Part shown: positions 46,625 to 55,965 of the stretch, piece by piece
Position numbering within the stretch: the first letter of the stretch is position 1
Layout of the letters: every line of letters starts with the position of its first letter
NCBI GenBank assembly: GCA_049322655.1
Contig: JBMORP010000006.1
Location: 256,410-320,409, forward strand
DNA from: Patescibacteria group bacterium
GTDB taxonomy: Bacteria > Patescibacteriota > Microgenomatia > UBA1400 > PJMF01
Reading direction: 5' to 3'
Length of the DNA: 64,000 bases
Program-made: the position numbers and the translations under genes
Notes under the pieces: generated by a model
What the model was told of the DNA's origin: nothing
What the model saw: the letters and a program-made list of their open reading frames with translations, nothing else
The model's database searches: none

Positions 46625-47422
46625 CTATTCATCAATATGAAGTTCCTCTTCTAGGTAGACCGACTCTTCTTGACCATGTTCGTCGTGACTATGTGGAACC
46701 AAAGCCAAAGTCATATACATCAAAATCACTCCTAACAACAATAAACCAACTGATTTAAATCTATCGACCCCTTTACTTGCTTTGGGTAAAAAGTCGCTGG
46801 CTCCCAAATAAACAAACATACCAGTAGCTATTGCCATTAAAATTCCTTGAGTTGTTTCACCCACAGCGTAGTAATAAACATAAACAGCTCCTACTACAGT
46901 CGATAGTGAAGATAAGAAATTAAGCCAGAAAACTTTTCTTTTAGAAAAACCATTTTTTAACAAAATACCGAAATCACCAATTTCATGAGGAATTTCATGA
47001 AGTAAAGAAGAAACAGCTGTCGCTAAACCCAAGCCAGGATTGATTAAATAAGCGGCTGCAATTGCTACCCCATCAATAAAGTTGTGAACTGTATCGCCAA
47101 TAATAACTAAAAAAGAAGACGAGTGATGATGGCCATGGTCATCATCTTGGTGATGATGTAAATCAAAAATAAAGTTTTCAAACAGATACGAACCAATAAA
47201 ACTCACAAAAACTATTAAAAAAGCTTGTTCACCAATCATATAAACAGCTTCTGGAAGTAAACCTAGAAAAGACACTGTCAATAAAACACCGGCTGCAAAA
47301 GGAGTTGAGTACTTAGACAAAGCTTTGCTCCAACTATTAATTTTCAAAAAAAGAGAAGCTACAACAATACCAGCTACCCCTCCCAATAAAGATAATAAAA
47401 AAATGTTACTTAAATCTGACAT
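46625..47422 (-). CDS. ZIP family metal transporter
   Basis: His-rich loop HHHQDDDHGHHH, HNFIDG, HEIPHEIGD. Confidence 0.93.
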   Translation of the reverse strand: MSDLSNIFLLSLLGGVAGIVVASLFLKINSWSKALSKYSTPFAAGVLLTVSFLGLLPEAVYMIGEQAFLIVFVSFIGSYLFENFIFDLHHHQDDDHGHHHSSSFLVIIGDTVHNFIDGVAIAAAYLINPGLGLATAVSSLLHEIPHEIGDFGILLKNGFSKRKVFWLNFLSSLSTVVGAVYVYYYAVGETTQGILMAIATGMFVYLGASDFLPKASKGVDRFKSVGLLLLGVILMYMTLALVPHSHDEHGQEESVYLEEELHIDE

Positions 47423-47571
47423 AAAAAACCCTCTCTACATTTAATTATATAGAAGCTGTAAAGTAGCAAAAAATAAAAATTCAAAAAAATTAACTCAATT
47501 TAAGTTTTTTTATGTTTTAACTCCATTTTAGTAACTAATTTTGTTATAGAATATCTAGTCTCATTTTTATT

Positions 47572-49284
47572 TTAACCAAAAGTAAAAGCATAAATTTCAA
47601 CGTTACCATCAAACTCTATTCTCAGCTCATGTCTACCGGGCTCATCTAGTTTAATTAGTTTATATAAAGTATTTTTCTTAACTTCAACAATTCCATTATC
47701 ATTATCTTCACCCATCCCAGCTATAGCATCATCTAAATAAACTTTCATCTCACCTGCTTTTTCGTCAGTGGGTCTAGCCACTAGAAAAACTTCTCTGGCT
47801 TCAAAATTAAGATACAACTTAGAACCTACCGTTGGATAAGCAAACTCACCATTCACCACCCAGCTGCCTTCATAAGCAAAACCATTAGTTGGCAATAATC
47901 CGGGGACAGTAAAAACTGTTGGTTCTCCTGGTTCAAAACTTTGCGGTGAAACTAAGTTACTAATTCTATCACTTCCCAAATATAACTCTGGAGTTTTGCT
48001 ATAAGTTTGATAATCTGGGTTATCTATGTTGACACTCACTTCAACTCCTGTCTCCTTTAATAAATCTTGAATAATCTGTTCTGTTTCATCATAATCACCC
48101 TCGCCAAAGTGGGTGTAACGAATAACGCCATCCTTATCAACCAAGTATTTGGCTGGCCAATATCTATTTTTATATGCGCGCCAGGTAGAAAAGTTATTAT
48201 CTTGCATAATTGGATACTCTAGACCAAAATCATCAATGGCTTGTTGCAGATTGGCTGGCTCTTTTTCAAAGGCAAATTCTGGACTATGAACGCCAATAAT
48301 CACTAAACCTTGGTCTTGATATTTGGTCCACCAGTTTCTGAGGTAAGGGAATGTTCTTTGACAGTTAATACAAGAATAGGTCCAAAAATCTACCAATATC
48401 ACTTTGCCTTTTAAATCAGCCAAAGTGAGTGGCTCTGAATTGAACCACTCACCACCAGCAACTAATTCTGGAGCTGAGTTTATTTTTTTCATTACATCTG
48501 ACATCGGTTGTCCTTTCTCAAAATCGTCAAGAGATCTAGAGTTAATTTGTTCTAATTCTTGTTTGACCTGTTCGTTATCTTCAAACTTAGTCAAGCCAAC
48601 TCCATAGTTTGGAAATTTTTCTAAAATATATGATTGAAACTGACGATCAACATTAAAATAAATAGCTATCGCAGTCAGAATCATTAACATGCCAAATAAT
48701 TTTTGAATATTACCAGTATTTTTAACCAACCAAGGCACTCTTTGTAATGCCGTTACGCCAACTTTCATGATCAACAACATTGGTAAAGCCGTACCGAGTG
48801 CATAAAATAAAGTAATTAAAAAGGCTTGAGTGTTAACTGAACCAGTCAACGCCAAACTGATAACCGAAGCCAAAATTGGACCAACGCACGGTGTCCATAA
48901 TAGCCCTAAAGATAAACCTACAACAAAACCACCACCAAAGCCAGTTTTTCTTTCAGCAGTTGGGGTTGAGCTAGCCAACTTACTAAAAAGTATTTCTAAT
49001 AAGGCCTGAACTTTGGGAATCAATAAACTCAAACCAAAAGTTGCCAAAATAAAAATTGATATAAATCTTAATGAGCTAGCAGAAATCCCCAAAAATGTAA
49101 CAATCGTCGATAGAAAAAGTGTGAAAAAAGTAAAACTGGCAATAAAACCAACCACTACTCCCAATGGACGTTGTTTGTTGTCTGCGTCAGCAGAAGCCAA
49201 GATAATTGGCAATAAGGGTAGGATGCATGGGGATAAAACAGTGACTATCCCAGCTAAAAAAGCAAAAGCTATTAATAAAATCAT
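47572..49284 (-). CDS. dipZ: DipZ (CcdA plus thioredoxin plus C-terminal domain)
   Basis: SPCILP, WTPCVGP, DFWTYSCINC, GVHSPEF, YWPA, HFGEG, TPELYLG, YAFTFG. Confidence 0.92.
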   Translation of the reverse strand: MILLIAFAFLAGIVTVLSPCILPLLPIILASADADNKQRPLGVVVGFIASFTFFTLFLSTIVTFLGISASSLRFISIFILATFGLSLLIPKVQALLEILFSKLASSTPTAERKTGFGGGFVVGLSLGLLWTPCVGPILASVISLALTGSVNTQAFLITLFYALGTALPMLLIMKVGVTALQRVPWLVKNTGNIQKLFGMLMILTAIAIYFNVDRQFQSYILEKFPNYGVGLTKFEDNEQVKQELEQINSRSLDDFEKGQPMSDVMKKINSAPELVAGGEWFNSEPLTLADLKGKVILVDFWTYSCINCQRTFPYLRNWWTKYQDQGLVIIGVHSPEFAFEKEPANLQQAIDDFGLEYPIMQDNNFSTWRAYKNRYWPAKYLVDKDGVIRYTHFGEGDYDETEQIIQDLLKETGVEVSVNIDNPDYQTYSKTPELYLGSDRISNLVSPQSFEPGEPTVFTVPGLLPTNGFAYEGSWVVNGEFAYPTVGSKLYLNFEAREVFLVARPTDEKAGEMKVYLDDAIAGMGEDNDNGIVEVKKNTLYKLIKLDEPGRHELRIEFDGNVEIYAFTFG

Positions 49285-49305
49285 AAGTTTTATCCCAAAA
49301 ATTTA

Positions 49306-49848
49306 TTATTTAATGTTCTTTAGTAACTCCTCAACCGAGCCACCATTCCATTTTTTAATTACTTCGCCATTTGCATCAATTTGTACAAAAGTATGTTGGT
49401 AAATAACTCCATATTTATTGGCCAAAGCCTTTTCAGTATTATCAGTGTCAGTATCATTATAGTTAACTTTAATCACAGTTAAATCTGCTGGTAAATCAGC
49501 TTTAATCAAAGCAGCGTCAACTGGCTGACAAGTTGGACACCAATTGGCATAAAAAAATAACACTCTTTTTCCATCATCCTTGGTCATCAAATCTTCTCCA
49601 CCATAAACAACATATTTGCCTGATCCTTCCATCATGGCGCTTTCATCATCTTTTACCATCGTCTCATCTTCTTTCACCATAGCATCAATATCATCTTCCA
49701 TCTTAGTTTCAGCTTCGTCTTTCATCATGGTTACTTCTTCATTCTCCATCATTTTTGAGTCAGTTTCATTTTTTTGCAAAATAAAATAACCAATAACTCC
49801 AACTAAGGCTAAGCCCAATATCAAGACCAATGTATTATTATTTTTCAT
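49306..49848 (-). CDS. membrane-anchored thioredoxin-family protein with Met/acidic linker
   Basis: N-terminal TM, MMENEE/MMKD repeats, FFYANWCPTC, YQHT. Confidence 0.88.
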   Translation of the reverse strand: MKNNNTLVLILGLALVGVIGYFILQKNETDSKMMENEEVTMMKDEAETKMEDDIDAMVKEDETMVKDDESAMMEGSGKYVVYGGEDLMTKDDGKRVLFFYANWCPTCQPVDAALIKADLPADLTVIKVNYNDTDTDNTEKALANKYGVIYQHTFVQIDANGEVIKKWNGGSVEELLKNIK

Positions 49849-49892
49849 TGTTAAGTTTCCTTTACAAAAATAATAAACACTTTAACAATAAA

Positions 49893-49910
49893 TGTCAAAC
49901 ATACTTTACA
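49893..49910 (-). promoter_or_regulatory. putative XRE operator overlapping a -35 element
   Basis: Imperfect palindrome TGTAAAG-TATG-TTTGACA containing TTGACA, upstream of the thioredoxin-dipZ pair. Confidence 0.5.
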
Positions 49911-49921
49911 TTTTTGTAAGA

Positions 49922-50281
49922 TTAATTACGAAAATAGTGAAAGATTCTAGAAATTAGCTTAACTAACACCATACTAGCTAGAGAATAAATCAGCCATGGA
50001 TCAATATCATGCATCAAAGCTTGGTTAGCAATTCCTACTACCAAAATAAAAGCTCCAACAAAAAAAGAAATTCTGCCAGACTTTAAAATATGGACATCAT
50101 CACGTTCATCAACTGCCTTTTCTTTCCAAACCAAACCAACAAAAGCCAAAAAACCAATAATCAAACCAACAATTAACATCATGTTGGTTGAGTTCGGCAT
50201 CAATAAGTCTTTAGCATTTAAAAAAGTAGCTAAAATAAATAAAATAATCAAACTAACAATAAATTCTAATTTTATTTTCAT
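49922..50281 (-). CDS. small membrane protein (DUF2178-like)
   Basis: Four TM helices with a DERD motif; translationally coupled to the XRE gene. Confidence 0.7.
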   Translation of the reverse strand: MKIKLEFIVSLIILFILATFLNAKDLLMPNSTNMMLIVGLIIGFLAFVGLVWKEKAVDERDDVHILKSGRISFFVGAFILVVGIANQALMHDIDPWLIYSLASMVLVKLISRIFHYFRN

Positions 50282-50484
50282 AGTTTTATTTTAAAGATTT
50301 CCTCTACTGGTTTCGCAAAAAAACGAGCTATTTTTAATACTAGTAACACAGATGGTGTATAGTTGCCTTTTTCAATAGCAATAATCGTTTGACGAGTTAC
50401 ACCAACCTCATCAGCCAATTGCTCCTGGGTGAGTTTTCTCTGTTTTCTAAAATCAGCTAATTTATTAGTTACCTTCTCTGACAT
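50278..50484 (-). CDS. XRE-family HTH regulator
   Basis: LTQEQLADEVGVTRQTIIAIEKGNYTPS. Confidence 0.93.
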   Translation of the reverse strand: MSEKVTNKLADFRKQRKLTQEQLADEVGVTRQTIIAIEKGNYTPSVLLVLKIARFFAKPVEEIFKIKL

Positions 50485-50550
50485 ATCAATTTCAAAAAAT
50501 TATAAACCATAAAAAATTAATGAATGCTAGTTAAAAATAAATAAAAACCA

Positions 50551-51600
50551 TCACTTATCAATATGTGCCACACCTTCTCCTTGAGCCGCTAAAGACACCA
50601 AAGTAAATTGAGCATTCTTTTGAAATTGCTCGATATTCTTTGCCCCGGTATAAGACATCGCGCTGCGCAAACCACCTACCAAATCATTAATAATAATTTC
50701 TGCCGATCCTTTATATGGAACCATCGTCGTTACTCCCTCTGCACTTCTGAATTCCCCCATTTGTGAACCATTATCTTTCATGTAATCTTCTGAAGCTTGG
50801 CCTCGAGCTTTTTTAACTCCACCGACCACCTCACCAGGAGCTTCTTCTGTCCCAGCCAGCATTGAACCAACCATAATTACTTTAGCTCCAGCAGCGATTG
50901 CTTTAGCAAAATCTGCTGGCTTACGAATTCCTCCATCAGCAATAATCTCTAAACCAGAAGAAACAGTTTCAAAAACAGCTGATAGTTGAGGAAAACCAGC
51001 TCCAGCCACTAATCTAGTAATACACATTCCACCCCCACCAACCCCAACTCTAGCAATCTTTAAACCAGCACTTTTATAAGACATAGCTTGGTCATAACTG
51101 ACAATATTGCCAGCAATCACCGTTAAGTTTAGTTTGGCTTGAATCTCGGCTGCTATTTCAACAATATTCTTCATCCCACCATGAGCCACATCCAACAACA
51201 ACATTTCAGCACCAAGCTTTTTAAATTTTTTAGCATCTTCCATTGCATTTTTAAATCCAATCGAATAGACAGCCTTAATGTTATTTTTTTGCAAACGAGC
51301 ACAAGCATCAAGTGCCTCATCAATAAAAACCCTTGGCATGAAAGTCAGGCCACCTAGCTTGTGCATTAACTTGGCCATTTTTTCACCACTCACAGTATCC
51401 ATTGGGGCTGTCACAATTGGCTTTTTGAGTTTGAATGGACCAAAATTAACTAAGACATCAGTCTCTTTTCTAGAGCTTATTTTCGTTAATGATTGGGGAA
51501 CTAACAAAACGTCGTCATAAGTTAAACTGGCTGGGTGAGTAGTAGTAAGATTCGGCCAGACCTCAGTCTTGCCTAGGGAGTGGTAGAAATTAAAGGACAC
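50551..51600 (-). CDS. IMP dehydrogenase/GMP reductase family protein lacking CBS domains
   Basis: LTYDDVLLVP, APMDTV, DVAHG, GVGGGGMCITR, ADGGI, EG, GLRSAMSYTG. Confidence 0.88.
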   Translation of the reverse strand: MSFNFYHSLGKTEVWPNLTTTHPASLTYDDVLLVPQSLTKISSRKETDVLVNFGPFKLKKPIVTAPMDTVSGEKMAKLMHKLGGLTFMPRVFIDEALDACARLQKNNIKAVYSIGFKNAMEDAKKFKKLGAEMLLLDVAHGGMKNIVEIAAEIQAKLNLTVIAGNIVSYDQAMSYKSAGLKIARVGVGGGGMCITRLVAGAGFPQLSAVFETVSSGLEIIADGGIRKPADFAKAIAAGAKVIMVGSMLAGTEEAPGEVVGGVKKARGQASEDYMKDNGSQMGEFRSAEGVTTMVPYKGSAEIIINDLVGGLRSAMSYTGAKNIEQFQKNAQFTLVSLAAQGEGVAHIDK

Positions 51601-51666
51601 ATTTAACAGTATACTTGAAAAAATAATAAAAAAATAATCTTAAAATAAGGTATGATAAACTCACAA

Positions 51667-51819
51667 ATGGAAAAACAAGAAAAAACCATTCAAGAACTTT
51701 GGCTAGAGAGTGATAAAAAAAATAAAGAAATTCTCAAAAATCCATTAAAAGATCCACTTCACTTTTTAAGATTAATTTTGTTTCTAGGCATAACCAAAAA
51801 AAATTTTTCTGAAAAATAA
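51667..51819 (+). CDS. small 50-aa protein (not in ORF track)
   Basis: MEKQEKTIQELWLESDKKNKEILKNPLKDPLHFLRLILFLGITKKNFSEK; TG-n-TAAACT 5 nt upstream. Confidence 0.5.
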   Translation: MEKQEKTIQELWLESDKKNKEILKNPLKDPLHFLRLILFLGITKKNFSEK

Positions 51820-51821
51820 TC

Positions 51822-52493
51822 TTAATTAATAACTTCCAATAAAAACTCGTTATGGCCACAGATCACCACAATATCTTCTGCTTGAAAAGTAAAATTAGCT
51901 TCTTCTTTATTAAGTAAAATTTTATTGTCTCTTTTGACTGCTACTAACATTGAATGCTCAGTCATAAAAAATTCTATTTCTGAGACTTTCTTTCCAACCC
52001 AATCAGTTAAAACCTTTAGCTCAACAAACTTAAAATCATTTGATAACTCCATCGAGTCAATAATGTTGGAATATAAACTAAGGGCTACTTTTTTACCTGT
52101 TTCTTTTTCTGGAGAAATTACCCAATCAGCTCCAATTCTTTTTAAAATCTTTTCATGGAGTTCTTGTGAAGCTTTAGCAGCCACAAACTTAGCCCCTAAT
52201 TCCTTAACTAGAGTCGTAATTAACACACTAGATTCGATATCATAACCAATCGCTACCACCACCGCATCAAAATCCTCAATACCCAATGATCTTAAAAAGT
52301 CTTCATCATGGATGTCCCCAGAAAGTGCCTCAGTAACTTCATCAACCAACATTGCTGCTTTATGCTCTTCATCATCAACCGCTACTACTTCACAACCCAG
52401 CTGACTGGCATTTCTAGCAAAACTCGAACCAAATCGACCTAAACCAATTACTAAAAATGATTTACTTTTATTTTTGGGTTTTTTTATAAACAT
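51822..52493 (-). CDS. ktrA: Trk/Ktr K+ uptake RCK subunit
   Basis: IGLGRFG, VVVAIG, IGAD..ISPE. Confidence 0.9.
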   Translation of the reverse strand: MFIKKPKNKSKSFLVIGLGRFGSSFARNASQLGCEVVAVDDEEHKAAMLVDEVTEALSGDIHDEDFLRSLGIEDFDAVVVAIGYDIESSVLITTLVKELGAKFVAAKASQELHEKILKRIGADWVISPEKETGKKVALSLYSNIIDSMELSNDFKFVELKVLTDWVGKKVSEIEFFMTEHSMLVAVKRDNKILLNKEEANFTFQAEDIVVICGHNEFLLEVIN

Positions 52494-53824
52494 ATTTTCG
52501 CCTTTGGATATTGTTTATTTACTATTTTCTTTTTCTTACTAAAAATATAACCATACAATAAAACATATAAACCAACTCGACCAATAAACATTAATAAAAT
52601 CAAAATTATCTTACTAAACATTGAGAGTTTACCCGTTAAACCTAATGACAAACCAACTGTTCCCATAGCTGAAAATGTCTCAAACAAAACATCTAAAAAT
52701 CCTGGATCATCACTAAATTCTAACAAAGTAGTAGCCACCACCACCAAAATTAAACTAATGATAGCCGTACTCATTGCTCTAATTACTGTTTGAAAATCAA
52801 TACTTCTTTTACTAAACTGAATATTTAAGTTACCTCTGATTAAACCAATAATCATCAACACTAAAATAAAAGCAGAAATCACCTTAATTCCACCCGCCGT
52901 TGATGCTGGTGAACCACCAATAAACATTAGCCACATCATCACTATGATTGATGGTTTATCCATTTCAGATAAATCAAAAACACTAAAGCCAGCAGTTCTC
53001 GCACTAACACTATGAAACAAAGATTCTCTAAAATGAGTAATTTCACCGACTAAATTAGCCCTATTTTGGTATTCCAAAAACCAAAAGCTAACTGTTCCTA
53101 AAATAATAAGAACGATATTTAAACCAATAATTAATTTACTGTAATAACTTAATCTATGAGCATGAGGATTTTTTAGCTTCTGCAGAAGATCTAGCCAAAC
53201 AGGATAACCCAAACCACCCAGGACAATTAAGAGCATAATAATCTCTGCTGCAAAACTAACTTCGATAAAAGTCTTACCGCTATCTCCTAAAGCAAAAATA
53301 TCAAAGCCAGCATTAGCAAAAGCAGAAATGGCATGAAAAAAGCCAAATTTAAATGATTCAAAAAAGCTAAAACCATGATTGAGAAAAGCCAAACTCAGTA
53401 AAATAGCCCCAAAAAACTCCAATAGTAATACATAAAACATGACATTTTTTAGAATTTTTAAAACTTCACCTTTGTTTTCTGCTCCTAGATCATCACTCAA
53501 TAATTGTTTATCAGTGTAAAAAAGTCTTTTACCAAAAAGATAAGCGGCATAACCACCAATCGTAACTACACCCAAAGCACCAACTTGAATCAAGAGCAAA
53601 ATCACTAATTGGCCCCAACCAGACCAATAGCTGCCAGTCTCGACTACTGCTAAACCGGTCACAAACAAAGCTGAAGCCGAAGTAAAAACGGCATCAACAG
53701 GGTGAGTAATTTCTCCAGTTTGAGTTGCCCATGGGTGCATCAGTAAAAATCCACCCAAAAACATCACTGAAATAAAAGACAAAGCCACCATCAAAAATGG
53801 GTTAGTAATCTTTTTTTGATACAT
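52484..53824 (-). CDS. ktrB: Trk/Ktr K+ uptake membrane subunit
   Basis: VTGL, ANAGF, RTAGF, GGSPASTAGGIK, GTVGLSLG, MFIGRVG. Confidence 0.92.
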   Translation of the reverse strand: MYQKKITNPFLMVALSFISVMFLGGFLLMHPWATQTGEITHPVDAVFTSASALFVTGLAVVETGSYWSGWGQLVILLLIQVGALGVVTIGGYAAYLFGKRLFYTDKQLLSDDLGAENKGEVLKILKNVMFYVLLLEFFGAILLSLAFLNHGFSFFESFKFGFFHAISAFANAGFDIFALGDSGKTFIEVSFAAEIIMLLIVLGGLGYPVWLDLLQKLKNPHAHRLSYYSKLIIGLNIVLIILGTVSFWFLEYQNRANLVGEITHFRESLFHSVSARTAGFSVFDLSEMDKPSIIVMMWLMFIGGSPASTAGGIKVISAFILVLMIIGLIRGNLNIQFSKRSIDFQTVIRAMSTAIISLILVVVATTLLEFSDDPGFLDVLFETFSAMGTVGLSLGLTGKLSMFSKIILILLMFIGRVGLYVLLYGYIFSKKKKIVNKQYPKAKICL

Positions 53825-53977
53825 AGAAGATCTTGTTCAACATTATGGCAAGAAAAAACTAAACTGTGAAGAATTAACTCCTTAACACAAAAGTTTTTTG
53901 TAATTAAAATTACTTAAAGCTATTATTTAGTTCTTAAACCAGCTATATTATTTTTGTAATTAAACTAACAAACTAAT

Positions 53978-54514
53978 ATGAAAATACAAGCTATAGCTTT
54001 GCCTATTAATAAAATTTTAACCAAACAAACTCTATTCTATTTGACGATCTTTACTCTGCCATTACTTAGCCATGCCAACCAACTCTTGGTTGGAACTGCC
54101 GTTAACTTAATGCTGTTCTTGGGAGCCAAAAACCTCACCCACAAAGAACTGATTCTGTTGGCCATCCTGCCCAGTCTTGGAGCAATCAGTAACGGCGTTT
54201 TATTTGGCTCATTTACCATGTTGCTGATTTATTTTGCTCCAGCTATTTGGTTGGGAAACTATTTGATGATGAGAGTCTTTAACCAAACCAAAAACTTACC
54301 TACCTTAATCAGTATCATTAGCGCAGCCCTAGTTAAAACAGCTTTATTATTTGGAGTAGCCTTAAGTTTAGTCAAACTAAGTTTGGTGCCAACAATTTTT
54401 CTCACAGCAATGGGAACAGTTCAGTTTATTACAGCTACAACTGGGGGAATCTTAGCTAATTTGCTTAGTCAAAGCAAACTTTTTACCGAAACCAAGGAGC
54501 CTGCCAATGACTGA
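53978..54514 (+). CDS. membrane protein, ECF S-component-like
   Basis: About 6 hydrophobic segments; QLLVGTAVN, IWLGN and QFITA motifs. Confidence 0.6.
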   Translation: MKIQAIALPINKILTKQTLFYLTIFTLPLLSHANQLLVGTAVNLMLFLGAKNLTHKELILLAILPSLGAISNGVLFGSFTMLLIYFAPAIWLGNYLMMRVFNQTKNLPTLISIISAALVKTALLFGVALSLVKLSLVPTIFLTAMGTVQFITATTGGILANLLSQSKLFTETKEPAND

Positions 54515-55415
54515 CCAGCTACCAGTTAAACCAAAAACAGAACCTGAAATCTTAATTGACTTACTAAAAAAAAATCAACCACTAGTGGCAATGCTTGCCC
54601 CATCATTCCCCATTGTTTATGAATTTGCTAACATTGTTGGAAAATTAAAAAGACTTGGTTTTAGCTATGTAGTTGAAGTCACTGCTGGTGCAATGCATAC
54701 CAATGCTGCAGCCATTGAACTACTAAAAAATAATCCTCAAGCTAGAGTTATCACTAGCCCTTGCGCCAGTTTTGTTAGAATGATTAGAACTAAATATCCA
54801 CATTTAGAAAAATATTTAGGCTTTGCTGCAGATTCACCAATGGTCGCTACAGCTAGAATTGTTAAAAAAAAATACCCAAATCACAAACCTGTTTTTATTG
54901 GCCCATGTAATGCCAAAAAACTTGAAGCTAATGAAGATTACCCAGAATTAGAGATTCTGTCAGTAACCTACAAACAAATGCAAACTGTTTTTGACCATTT
55001 TCAACTTCAAGATGACCCAACTGATGAACAGGCAAAACTAGATCTTGAAGAAACTCATACCAGACTCTATCCAATCTCTGGAGGTTTAGCTCAAAGCAGT
55101 GCTGTCAAAGATTTATTAGCAGATGAAGAAATAGAAGTTGTTTCTGGCTGGCAAAATTGTGAGCAAGCTCTCAAAAGATTTGAAACCAGTGACCGAATTA
55201 GACTATTAGATATTCTCTTTTGTGAGGGTGGTTGTATCAATGGACCAGGAATTAATAGCCCTCTTTCTCTGGCTGAACGTAGAGAAAAAATAGTTCAATT
55301 TTGGGAACTGGGTAATAAACAACCAATTCCCATTGTAGAGTTAAATAAAGCTACTCAATTTAAAAAAATTTTTCCAGCTATAAGAAAAGCCCTCACGGGC
55401 TTATTCCATTTTTAA
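54507..55415 (+). CDS. [FeFe]-hydrogenase H-domain-only (Fe_hyd_lg_C) protein
   Basis: LAPSF, ITSPCASF, SPM, FIGPCNAKKLEA, YPISGG, ILFCEGGCINGPG. Confidence 0.85.
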   Translation: MTDQLPVKPKTEPEILIDLLKKNQPLVAMLAPSFPIVYEFANIVGKLKRLGFSYVVEVTAGAMHTNAAAIELLKNNPQARVITSPCASFVRMIRTKYPHLEKYLGFAADSPMVATARIVKKKYPNHKPVFIGPCNAKKLEANEDYPELEILSVTYKQMQTVFDHFQLQDDPTDEQAKLDLEETHTRLYPISGGLAQSSAVKDLLADEEIEVVSGWQNCEQALKRFETSDRIRLLDILFCEGGCINGPGINSPLSLAERREKIVQFWELGNKQPIPIVELNKATQFKKIFPAIRKALTGLFHF

Positions 55416-55928
55416 AGTTTCTTGACGTAACCAAGCAATTAAATAAAAAATGTGTTCTCGACTATACTGGTAATTTTTTAAATCAGTTATTTTTACCCAC
55501 TCAGCTTGATGAGTGTGAGTCGGTTTTGTTGGCATAAACTCAGTATCATCAGGAATAATAGCCGTATAACAAGCCACTATGTCACTATTAGCCTGAGTTT
55601 CTTGATCATTTGTTTTAACTCTGTAAACACCAAATAACTCCAATGACGCCTCTAAATTTTTAACTCCAGCATCCCAACGTAACTCTCTAAGAGCCGCATC
55701 CTCAACATTAATGGCATCAGCAAAGGCCCCCTTACCACTAGCCAAAGCCATTTTGCCCCTTATCGGTTTTAACATTACTGCCGTTCGATCGTGATTAAAA
55801 GCCAACACTACCACTACTTCGGCTTTGGCCAACTCACTTTCAGCCAATCTTTCGACTAAATAGCCACTACCAGTGACCTCCTTAGTCAAAAAACCCAACA
55901 ACTCATTGTCTTTATTGATACCAGTCAT
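55401..55928 (-). CDS. degenerate NUDIX-fold protein
   Basis: SG.....D...EDAALRELRWDAG resembles a Nudix box. Confidence 0.6.
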   Translation of the reverse strand: MTGINKDNELLGFLTKEVTGSGYLVERLAESELAKAEVVVVLAFNHDRTAVMLKPIRGKMALASGKGAFADAINVEDAALRELRWDAGVKNLEASLELFGVYRVKTNDQETQANSDIVACYTAIIPDDTEFMPTKPTHTHQAEWVKITDLKNYQYSREHIFYLIAWLRQETLKME

Positions 55929-55965
55929 AAACTTAGCTTAGATTATATGATAAATCGATAAAAAA

